Shown here one piece after another: positions 25,910-36,955 of a DNA stretch of 64,000 nucleotides (positions are counted from its first letter, which is position 1; every line of letters starts with the position of its first letter). This DNA is from Marsupella aquatica (lineage: Eukaryota; Plantae; Marchantiophyta), in NCBI GenBank assembly GCA_973895155.1, contig OZ316896.1:5593303-5657302 (forward strand). The letters are read 5' to 3'. The translations under genes and the position numbers were made by a program. Under the pieces are notes generated by a model. It ran no database searches, was not told the DNA's origin, and worked only from the letters and a program-made list of their open reading frames with translations.

Positions 25910-27946
25910 AACACTAGGTTTAAACCTAGTCTCTCAAATGCAGGGCGTGCTGATAAATCCACCAACCTCGCTACTGCTGCATGCCATGTCTCACTAGTAG
26001 CAGTAGGTGGTATGGTCTTCACTACTTCTGCATGGGAAACAACAACTGGAGTGTCCTCACAGAGTGTAGCTGCTAATTTGAACACTTCTGCAGGACCAAC
26101 TCCCAAGTTCAGCATGTCTATCACTGAAAATAATGGGGTGCGTACTATGGCAGTAGCCACCCCCAACAGGGTACCTGTCATCCCTACTGTATCACTACCG
26201 GATTTTGTCAACTTACCCACGCCAGGGTTTGTCCAAACCGGGTTCATAGAGGCAGTCTGAATTGTCTTTGACAATGTAAAAGACTGAGGAAGCTTTGTCT
26301 GCCAACGTGCATCCCCCCTCTGTGGATCTAGCTCCACTACTGCTCCTCGGGGCTCAAGAGCTTTGGCTGCCCCACGTGTCAAAGCTGCTGATGCATCAAT
26401 ATGTGCAGTGCCACACATGAATCCCATGGTGACAAGATCTTCATCAGCTCCATAAGATGTGGAAGGACCATGGGATGTGGAAGGTCCATAGGATGTAGAT
26501 GCCCCATCACCAGAAGTAGGTCTCACCTGGGAACTAGCCATGGCAGCTAGCTGTTGCTTCAATTGAGCAATCTTAGCATCCTTTGGAACTATGGTTACAG
26601 CAGGGGCAGCGTCACCTCCCTGTCTCCCTGCATGTGGCATGCCACGACCACGTCCACCACCTCTACCTCCTCCTCCTCTTCCCTGATCATGTGTACGGGA
26701 TCCTCCCCTCCGTAACTCAGGGTGGAGTGAGAAACACCTATCCTTGGTGTGTCCAGAAGCTCCACAATGATCACACTGTCGCTGATCAGGTGCTGATGCT
26801 CCCCCTGATCCTCTATGATCTGGGCAATATTTTTGTGCATGATCCCCACCACAGGTCCAACATCCTGATTGCTGTCCAGCATAAGAAGGCACAGGTCTCT
26901 AGCTGGTAGACTCTCGTGCAGTAGGCTTCTCCCTCTGGCTCTTCCGTGCAGTAGGCTGTGGTGTAGATGTAGATGTAGCCTTTGGTGCTTCCTTGGAAAA
27001 TCCGGAAGTCATCACCTTCTCATTCATCATATTGAGCTCAATACGCTCAGAAAGGGTGAAAACAACTGCTAATGTGGAATTTGCATCCCTAAGCAGAGTG
27101 ACATCTCTCACTCTACGTCGCAATTCTCTGTCCAGAATTGCATACCAAAACTGGACTGCTTGAGCCTCTGTCACTCCCTTGGTGACAGTGATCAATCTGC
27201 GTATACGAGTGTATGCCTCATGTAGACTCTCTCTAGTCTTGCGCTGGAACTCCTGGAGACCCTTCAACTTATCAGTTCTCACACCCTAATAGTTCTGCTT
27301 CAGTACCTCAAAGAATTTCACCACAGGATTAAATGTTGGCGCAACTCCAGTTCCTGTCACAATCACACCGGCAGGAGTAGCGATGGATGCTACTGGTGGA
27401 TGGTGTGCCACTCTGGCTAGTGCTGCTAGAAGAGGCAGCAGCTGTGGCAATGGGTTGGGCTGCCGCACTAGTGCCATAGGTGATGGACACGTAATTAGGT
27501 GACCAATGCTGCCTTCATGCCTCAATCTCAACCAAATGAGCCTTCCGAAACTCATGGTAGTCATCCATGGGTGGCCCTTCCAAATGCTGAAATAATCCCT
27601 TCTATGCCATGAAAGGGGTAAATAACATGGCGTTACGCAATGTCTGCATATCGCACCACGTATCAAACTCCTGGATGAAGTCATCCAGATCAATTGTGCC
27701 AACTGCACCAGAGTATCGTCGTGGGCCCTTTGTAGCCCCGTACATCTCGTCCATATCCCACAACAAAGGTGCAACCACCTGATGACGAGGAGAACTAGTC
27801 ACTGAGTCCTCATCGGAATCACTGTCTGAAGCTACACTACTGACTGCTACCAATACCGCTGGCCAAAACTGTGCCCTACTCTGAGTGAAACCGGTCCGTC
27901 GTCCATCGGGTAACCCAGCAGCACCAGAAGAATCCGTGGTGACCAA
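25873..27946 (-). pseudogene. Gag with two CCHC zinc knuckles and an RGG tract (stops/frameshifts)
   Basis: YSG...DDFIQEFDTWC, FQRKTRESLHEAYTRIR, CWTCGGDHAQKYC, CDHCGASGHTKDRC and GRGGGGRGGGRGRG. Confidence 0.85.
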
Positions 27947-28729
27947 CCTAACATAATCTATATGCTAACCCTAAGGGCAACCTGTCCCTGTCAGCAACAC
28001 AAGCACTCACCATGGTGTGTTGGGCATCACTCCAACACCACCAGGAGAGAAATACGTAGCACAACTAGAATGTCCGGTCGTAAACCCGGATCACTCCTAT
28101 AGAATCAAGTGCCCACGCCAAACCAACATGGCGCATAAACAGGAAGCATGTGTGGAGAGGATCCAACAACAAGAAGAGGATTTACCACAACTCTCCACAC
28201 CAATCAATGAGAAATACATGAAAATAATGTGCATATAGATCAATGTAGGGCCTTCATAATAGGCCTCAAGAATCCCGCGTCAAATATTCAAGAATCCATC
28301 GCAAACTAGCTAAAACAGAGTATCTAGATGAATTCAAAAGTGCATAAAACCCCTAGGGCCTCATTCCTTGGACACCAAGTGTGGAAGGAAGCATGTACAA
28401 TGCACCACATAGGAACTTGCTAGTTAAGCGCATGAGGGGAGGAATAGCTTTGGGATGGGTGACCTCTCATTTGTCATTATGCACCAAATCTGCCACTCCA
28501 AAATGGCAGCACTTGCTATTCTCCTCACGTACTAGCAAGCTGGCTTGCTGGCCCGCCTGCTCTGCCCTCACGCCCCTCATCCCGAGTAACCACGAGTTGC
28601 CTCGAAGCCTCCATGCCGGCGATCCAATCAAATGATATGCTGCACAATTCGAGATACCACGAACCGTCGCCAAACACAATCAAACTGAAAATCGAAGCTC
28701 TGTCCAACAACAGCAGAGTCCGATGCCTG

Positions 28730-28741
28730 ATCTTTCAATGT
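28730..28741 (-). other. Candidate self-priming primer-binding site
   Basis: Minus-strand ACA|TTGAAAGAT at the inner end of B is the perfect 12-nt complement of 28918-28929 inside B. No TGG-type tRNA PBS is seen here. Confidence 0.5.
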
Positions 28742-29068
28742 AATCTCAACACAATCGACACAACGATCCCGGTCAACAATACCCCATCGATCCCGCACCG
28801 ATCCGATCACACACGTATGTCAAGCCAACGCACCTTGCACTACTCAAGGAATCCACGTTACACAAGCGGAGCTCATAGCCACCATAGCCACTCAAGCTCC
28901 TCTCTCTCCAAGGCTCAACATTGAAAGATGACCTTTCAATGCCTCACAAGTGAGAAATACCCTCTCATACAAACCTGACGGAACTTTATCGGCTCCAATA
29001 GCACTCATACCAAACGTACATACTCTAATAGCATGATATACTACTACACTACTCAGAATGGTGTGACA
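28739..29068. repeat. Terminal repeat segment B, 5' copy
   Basis: Matches 20229-20556. Minus strand reads TGTCACAC...GATTACA. Confidence 0.92.
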
Positions 29069-32000
29069 GTTCTCTTCTGGCCATGAAATTTGAGCTTACT
29101 AAGCCTACTGTGAATCTAAACATAGGTAAGCCTCAATGTGTTGTCGTGTTTATTGAATGCAAATAGAGATAACAACATTCACATGTCATTTGTGGAGACA
29201 CTATTACCTTTCAAAACACAGTGTTCAGTTTTAATTTTGAAACCAATGTAAACACTGATAAATCAGTTTGTCACATCAAAATTCTAAGAATATTCATAGA
29301 GTTTTGGGAACTAAATTGAAATTCATATAGGTAAACCATTTCTATATTTTCTGTGTAGTTATTTATCCACCAGTTCATATTCAAAGTTTTACTTTGGGCT
29401 ATGGACCTGTTGTAGGCTATGAGAAGAGGGGACGCCCCAAGTTGCTTACAGAACTTATGGTCTTGATGACTTGAATTTTTGTTTCTCAAACCCCATCCAA
29501 CTCAAGTTGCCAATTCTTAAGCAGATTTGAGTTTTTGCTTTGTTTTGAGTTTCAGTGTGCGTGACATGTTGTCACTTTCCACTTTAGTTCCTGTTTTGGC
29601 CCTTGTCCTCGGGATTGGATGCATTTGATCTCCGGGTTATGTATTGGTCCTTGATATTTGGTTTGACTGGCCAGGTTTTACTCCATGTTTTACTGGGTTT
29701 TTCTTTATATAGGTAAAGTATTCCTTCCAAGATAAAAACCCCATCCAACTCGAGGGTACACATTACAAAATTTTCACAAGTTTCACGAAAAAAGTACTCT
29801 AAAACTTCACCCCTGGATTCAAGTTTTCAAAAACTATTTATCTATTGCATGAACCTAAATTTGTGGGTGTGACCGGCCGGTGATGAAACTGTCGTTTTTC
29901 CCCTGCCCAGGTGCCCGGGAGGCCTGTCACCGACAATCGTCGATCCTATAAACATTACCCATCGGCCCGCTCCGCACTTCTGTTCGGTTTGACTCGACAA
30001 GCTGCCTGACCGTACGGCGTCAGAATTTATTTCAATTGGTTTTACCAGCGGGCAGGAGTGAGGCGGTCCTTTTTGGCTTTTTCCTATACGATCTGCCCGC
30101 GGGCAGGACTGGGACCGATGATTCCCAGCCTCTGATTAGAACAGAGCTTACGAACGAATGCAGCAGCGACTGAGCTCCGAGAATGACACGTGTCCATGGG
30201 GTCTCGTTGTGCGACACCTGTGAGCATACACTCCGTCCCATCGATTCAACATTTCAACTGAGTAAGGTTGCTAGACGCCAAAAAACCGAACGAACGTGTC
30301 AAGCAGCTATGGGCCGGTTTGGGGACATTGGCTAGGGAATGGTTTGTGCCCAAGAAGGCATAGACACGTGTTTTTTAACCTCGTTTGTAGTACCTACTGG
30401 GGTCCACCCGGGATTCCCACTTATCTTTCCACTTGACCAAAGGGACAACCTTGCTTTGGTTTGGCCAATCCGCAGGAGTGCCGAAGTACTGGGGGGGTCT
30501 CAAATATAGCCAGCCGGAAGTCTCAAGGCAGTCCACATTAGGTTTGCATGGAGGGGGCCTAAAAATGTGTGGCATTTCCTGAGCCTAGCACTCTAGTGTA
30601 GCAAAATTTCACTTCAGCCAATAGGGTGTGTCAAAGCATAACTGTAACTAAGTTACTTTAACTAAGTTACGACTAAAAAATTCTTATGACCAGGACAGAT
30701 TTGCTATGGGCTACCAAAACACGTACCCGGTAAGAGTGGTACGTCCAGAAAATGAAAGTCAAGTCATAACACTTTGGTTACGGGAGTCCTTTGACATGAC
30801 CTAATGACCCCCCCATCCAGAATTAAATTGACCAGAAAAACGTGATCTCCAAAGAGTCTCTCTGCCAGTTGATGTCACAGGCAGGCCACATTACAAGCAC
30901 TGGCCTGTCTCACAGACGAGCAAATGGGTCTATATTTGAGACCCCTGTTATAAAATTATTAGAGTTAAACATTAGCCCAAGATTAATGGTCGGATGGACC
31001 ACTCCCATGAACCTTGCAACCCCAATGGACCAGTTTACTGTTAGTAAAAAATGTAAAGATTTGTGTACAAAGAAAAGTGTTATCTGAGTACCAAGAAAGC
31101 TTCTCTGTCATCCAGCACTGGGGCAAACATTTAGGTCCATGGGGGCTTCAGTTTCTACCAAAATTAATAAATATATTTAAAGTTCACAAAAATATTGAGA
31201 CATATAGGAATATTACCTGAAAGCCCTGCATTGCACAGTATTGTCGCTAGTAAGTGTTGGGGTAAGTGTTGTTGAACGGAAGTGTTGTCAAGTGAGATCG
31301 TCGGGCAGTCAAGTTGCGGGGAGTCAGCAAATTGGTCTCGCGGCTGGATTTGAAGGAGTGTGCAAGAGCTGCGAGGAGAATGATGGGTTAGATGTAAAAA
31401 AAGTGCATATTGGCATTATTAGGTCCATCTCATGATTAGTGAAAAATGTTGCCATAATCAAATGACCAGGAAGGCTTATTATCACATTGACATTTAGTAA
31501 ATAGACCATGAAAAAGAGAGCAAGATTGCATAGTAGAGTATTGAAGTGTTAGATTCATTGAACAAATTCATTCATTACCATCCTTTTTTTATCTAATTAA
31601 ACATATATTTCACTCTTTTAGTTTAACTAGGACCTCAATTAGGACTTTGCCATCTTTTTCACAGTGGGTTTGGCAAACTAATGCAGGTATGGTTAGCTTT
31701 GAATATTTGAATGGTGTTTCTCTTGAACCTTTTTTTGCTTCAGATGGTCTGAAGTCTGTTCCCTTTAACCCTGATCAATCTATATATCTTGCTACCACCC
31801 TCCACCTTGGGGCGAGTCACTTGCCGTTACCCCATCCCAACCTGTTCCCTTTGCGGTCATCAATAATTTGTGATAAGAAGAGACCCGGCACCCAAGTTGG
31901 AGTACAGCAAAGGGTGGGCAAGATAGGATCAAGGTTAGTAGTTTCACCCATCAGATGTAAATTTGGCCACTGTTGGATCCTTTTGGGCTATCCTGAGTTA

Positions 32001-35000
32001 ATTTGCTTAACCCTAGTTAAAAATGATGACAAAGTACTAAATTCAACAAACAGAGTATGTGGCACCTAGTAAAACTCAGTACCAAAACATCCTTGGCAAA
32101 TGTCTCCCCTAGCTGTTGCCATCATAATCTACAGAGTAGAGTCTACTTTACTATGCCACCCGAGTGCCATAATTGCACAACAATAGATTACAATGGCAGT
32201 TGATAGGGGTGATGACATAAGGAACACTTGCATTCCAGAGAATTCACAAGGGTTGTTCTCTCATTTCTTAAATTATAAGCATACCTTTTGGTAAATCTGG
32301 TAATTTGTGGGGATAATTTGGTAGATTTCCTTTTACTTTGCCTTAATAATCCAAATGTTTGTCAGGGCAAAAGCTGGGTACAAAAGGACCCTAGTTTGTA
32401 ATCCTTGATACAAATTGTGAACCATATTGTATCACACATCCATGTCATATGGTGAGACCAGGTGGCCCATGGCTTCTCCTTTAGTGACAATGGGAGTTTG
32501 TAATTGCCATTGTTTGGGAAATTATGGCTAATGGTTAACAAAAATTTACAAACAAGGGATTTAGTTGCAAGAGTGTTGTGCTAAATTGGTGCCATTGGGT
32601 TTTGTGAGGATAAATTGTTGATTTCATTGAGTGGTGGACCGTGCCACCCAGCACCCTCACCAATCCCAGCACTCACGCCTAAGTGCCCTTGGTGCCCGAA
32701 CGCCTCCACGGAATACCTCAAGCAAGCAACCTAGTGCCCCTTGCACCGCCATCGGCCCCTCCCATACGAAGCCGCACTTGCTCTCCAACACGACCGCTGC
32801 TCAACGGTCCTCACTGTCTGCACAAGCAACCAAGCACCTCGGTAAGTAACCTTTCAGGATCTAGAATTCGCCAAGCCAGCTCAACAGACGTTGGTAAATA
32901 GGTCAGCGATAGGTCCTCCCGATGCCATAAGCCGGAAGTAGAACCCACACCCACTATTCGTCTAGAACAACTCCTTCCTTGGGTGAGGCCTGGGTTCCCC
33001 CTTGTCCTATCCGTCACCAAATGACCGCCCTGACCCCAAGACATGCTCATGGCCCAAATAGCGTAGCTTGTCCTAAAGCTTGTCCCAACACGCCAGGATC
33101 AGAATGGCCCTAACTCTAGCAACCAACTCACGGTTCTTGCCCCACTGATGGTCTAGGGGCCGAGCACCCTTGGAACTCAACCTCCACGCCTACTTGGCCT
33201 TGCCTCCCCAACGCAAGCTCCCTTGGGGGACTGAACGCGGCTTGGCTGCTGTTCAACAGGATTTGGCAAGCGAGCGAGCTAACACCCGCAAGAACCCATG
33301 GCGCTCCTAGACCCAACTGAGCTCAGGAGGACGTAGCCCTCCTCGAGAGATTTCCAACGTTGGGAAGATATCGCTATTTTTGTTTGACGTTTTTCCTTAG
33401 TGTCGCGACCGCCGCAGCTCACGACTTCGGCTCGCCCTTGGCCCCCAGGGAGACACCACTCCCCTCATATATGCTTCTGGAGACCTGCCACCCCCGGACC
33501 AACTTTGGTCCCTAAGCATTTGGTCTCCAACCCGGATCCTATCGCGCATAGTGGGTGCGTCACCAACTGGCAACGCCCATAACTTTCTCGATAGGCGTCC
33601 GCAAGCGGAGTGCCTTAGCCCGTTGTGATTGGGCCGACCCAATGCTCATGCCTAGGCCCTCAGGTCTCATTGCCGCTTGGGTTCCCTGATCGACCAAACC
33701 CGGATCGGGCCATAACTCACGCCCCAAGCGTCCGTTGCCCATGGCGTCAACTCCATTGGCCTTGGGCCCAAGAGGAGCTCACACTCAAGCCCTCAAAACT
33801 CAAAGTCCGTCCGAGGGCCCGGATGGTCGACCTTGAGTCCGGCCCCTTTCCCCTTGACCCGACCAGCTCTCAGCTCTCAGCTCGCCTAAGTCCTTAGTGT
33901 GTGTCACCAGCTTGGCTCCTTGCCTTCGCTAGTGCCACGTCTCATTGCCCACTAGTCTCCCCATGCAAAGTCCTCCCCGGATGGCCTATCTGGGCCTGGA
34001 CCATAAGGGAGCTCGGCGTCGGAATCAGCGACGCCAGAGCTAAGTGTTAAGGTAGTCGAGTTCCGCGACTCTTTGGCTTAAAACACGTTCCATGAAGGAC
34101 ACTTTTTGACGCCTCCTTTTGGCACAACTCTGTTGCAATCTCCTAAGCCCATTTCTTCAGTTTAAAAATTTTATTTTTTATTTGGGCATTTGATGGCTGT
34201 CTTCTTTTACTATTATTTTCATTTTCAAATTAATGAAACCCCCATACATGTTTTTTCATTTCTTTCTTTCCCATAACCCTCTTGGTAACCTCTTTTCCAG
34301 ACTACACATTATTTATGCTGTCATTTTACCCTTGTTTACATCCTAGCTTTGTTAGGAAAATATATCTCTTGGAGCAAGGCTTGAGCCCCCATGCCAACCT
34401 GTCAGTCCTAAGTGAAGACCACCACAAATGTGCTACACACAACTGCGGAATGTATTTGTTCCTGATGATATAATTAGTTTATAATTTTTTTGATTTTCTT
34501 GAGTCTGACACCCCCAGCTCGCACCAAACCCATTGAACAAACAACTTTACCAGGTAGGATCACTCTTTGTAAAGGGCACTCACCTTGGCTATGCGCAAAA
34601 CAAAACCCAAAAAAGAAACAAGCAAGTGTGACTACATGTTTCATGTGTCAATTTTGAGATCCCCAACATGACATCACAAACCATATCTATCATCTCATCA
34701 AGGAACATCATTATACTAGAAATCAAACCTACTTTCTGAAGAATGTTCTGCAAGATTGTGCATGTATGTCTTTGTTTCTTCTCACCCCCCCATGGATTTA
34801 CTCAATAGCTTTACCATACTTTTCAGTTTGTTGGTCAGTAGGACTTTAGTTCTTTTGCAGTTGCTTTTTGGCTCATTTGGTCTTATTGGGGTGTTTCCTT
34901 TGAATTCTCCTCTTTAATGGCTCTCTTGTCTTAGTTTGGGATCTTATCTCTCCATTTGGAAGTTTTCTTTTCTAGCAATGTGATATATATCTTTTCCATT

Positions 35001-35469
35001 CTGACTATCCTCATCAGCCATTGACCATCTGGAACTATCTCTCCCTCCTGATAGGATAGCATCTCCCCTCATGGGTTACACCATATGTTGTGTGTTCCAA
35101 AGAGGGTCATTTGCCGCTGGGTAGATCATATGTCCGTTTCAAGGCCCAAATATGAAAAGCTTCAATGAGAGTAAGGGGAGCCCATGGGTTACCCTACACT
35201 AAACCCTAAAATGAAACCCAACCCAGTGGTGTTCCAACTCTCAAAACCCTACAAAACCCAGTCCCTACTCCCTGCTGTTGTGAGCTATGCTGAAACTTTT
35301 GAGAGAGGGCATCCTTTGTGTGGCTATCACTCGCAACACATTTTGGCGGGATCTGAAGTAAAGTGCGCATTGGATTGCGGAGTCTATCGATGTCACGAGC
35401 AACATTTTGGGAAGCGAGATTGGAGAATTTCTTCGAAGCCGACCATTTTGGTGGAGCAGAATGGCTTTG

Positions 35470-35785
35470 GTTCCGCTGAGTGATGATGGATGATGATAAT
35501 GGTGATGCGATTGTCTGCCGCTCAATTTGGGTAGGGTTGCCTCCGCCTGCAGCATTGCGAAGGGCCTTCTTCGCTGTTAATTGTTTCGGCGGAGCAGATC
35601 GGTTTTTTTTGGTTTCGCTGAATGATGATAATGGTGATGCGATTCTCTGCAGCGCAGTTTGGGTAGTGTTGCCTTCCCTTGCAGCATTGCGAAGGGCTGT
35701 CTTCGCTGTTAACAGTTTCGGCGGAGCAGATTGATTGTTTTAGGTTTCGCTGAATGATGATTGATGATGATAATGGTGATGCGCA
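35470..35785. repeat. ~135-bp tandem duplication (about 2.3 copies) upstream of cyclin H
   Basis: GATGATAATGGTGATGCGATT...GCAGCATTGCGAAGGGC..TCTTCGCTGTTAA..GTTTCGGCGGAGCAGAT is repeated. Confidence 0.8.
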
Positions 35786-35899
35786 ATTTACTTTAAACCC
35801 TTGCGTTGAATTGGCTTTGGCCTGGAATGACCAGTGTCCCACCATTGGTGGATTTCTCGGTGGACTTAGTTTGTTGTGAGTAATCTAGTCAGAGGTGCT

Positions 35900-36955
35900 A
35901 TGGCGGATTTTGCTTCATCGACGCATCGCCATCATTGGATTTTGCCTAGGCAGAAGCTCCTTGAGAAGTGCGGGGCTGCAAATGCGAGAGCGCGAGAGGC
36001 TTTGCGAAAATACGGAGCCACCCGAATTGAGGTTCAATCGGATGGATCACTGACATATCCGGGTATCTCAGAAGAAGGAGAAAACGGTGCTGCAGACAAA
36101 GGACCCTTGCCCGAGCCTCTGACTGTAGAGGAGGAGTTACTTGTTCAAAAGTACTACGAGAGGAAGATCCAAGAAGTCTGTGCAGCTTTTTCATTTCCTA
36201 ACAAGATTCAGGCCACAGCCATCTTTTACTTCAAGCGTTTTTACCTGAACTGGTCTGTGATGGAGCACGATCCGAAGCACATCATGCTTACTTGCATATA
36301 TTTGTCATGTAAAGTTGAAGAGTTTCATGTCTCTGCGGAGGAACTTGGGAAGGGCATTCAACAGGATCCGCAAGTGCTCCTCAAGAATGAAATGACAGTT
36401 TTGCAGGGTCTAGATTTTGAGCTTATTGTGTACACGCCATATCGAGCACTGGATGGATATGCTTTTGACCTTACGAATTCCGCTCGAAGGATGGGCGTCA
36501 CATCCTTGAACCATATTCAGGAACTCAGGGATGCAGCTAGATTCGAAGTAGATGCCATGATGCTGACAAATGCCCCTCTTCTTTTTACCCCGGGACAGCT
36601 AGCAATGGCAGCATTGCGAAAAGCCAATCGAGAGGAGAGGAAGGTGGATCTCGAACGATACATGAGAGGTCTATCCGAATCACTAGCAGTCAAACATCCA
36701 TACTCAGAGTTGGCAAGTGCTCTGGATGCAATTGATGCGGTAGTTATGGACAACAAACAGACTGCCGAAGCTGACGTGAAGCGTATTGATCGTAAGTTGA
36801 AAATATGCCGTAATCCTGGTCTGCAGGACGAAAATAAAAAACGTGAAAGAAAAAGTAAGCACAAGCCAAGGCGTGGCCAAGCCGTGCCTCCTGGGCAGGA
36901 TGTTTCCGTTTCGGATATAGACCTAAATCATGGTGTGAAACGAAAGGCACAGTGA
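35900..36955 (+). CDS. CYCH;1: Cyclin H (CDK-activating kinase subunit), single coding exon, 351 aa
   Basis: MADFASSTHRHHW start. Cyclin box FPNKIQATAIFYFKRFYLNWSVMEHDPKHIMLTCIYLSCKVEEFHVSAEELGKGI, then LDFELIVYTPYR and LLFTPGQLA. Confidence 0.95.
   Translation: MADFASSTHRHHWILPRQKLLEKCGAANARAREALRKYGATRIEVQSDGSLTYPGISEEGENGAADKGPLPEPLTVEEELLVQKYYERKIQEVCAAFSFPNKIQATAIFYFKRFYLNWSVMEHDPKHIMLTCIYLSCKVEEFHVSAEELGKGIQQDPQVLLKNEMTVLQGLDFELIVYTPYRALDGYAFDLTNSARRMGVTSLNHIQELRDAARFEVDAMMLTNAPLLFTPGQLAMAALRKANREERKVDLERYMRGLSESLAVKHPYSELASALDAIDAVVMDNKQTAEADVKRIDRKLKICRNPGLQDENKKRERKSKHKPRRGQAVPPGQDVSVSDIDLNHGVKRKAQ

Larger units (their letters stand above)
20092..29068 (-). mobile_element. Ty3/Gypsy retrotransposon with DNA methyltransferase and PHD domains and split/permuted terminal repeats
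   Basis: Minus-strand domain order gag-PR-DNMT-RT-RNaseH-INT-PHD. Termini are 5'-TGTC...GACA-3'. GTTC is duplicated at 20088-20091 and 29069-29072. Joining the flanks recreates GCCTTACCCC...GTAAAGTT...TGGCCATGAA, which resembles the neighbouring copy at ~19950-19990. Confidence 0.93.

Noticed and set aside
20092-29068. Classification as a DIRS/Ngaro tyrosine-recombinase element because of the split repeats and a methyltransferase
   Set aside because: No tyrosine recombinase was seen. The element has a protease and an HHCC/DDE integrase, Gypsy-type RT motifs and a TSD, and its MTase is C5 type (PCQ/ENV), not adenine type.
29700-34100. Possible old TE-derived sequence, including GC-rich 32630-34080
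   Set aside because: No protein motif, TIR, LTR pair or TSD could be identified by eye.
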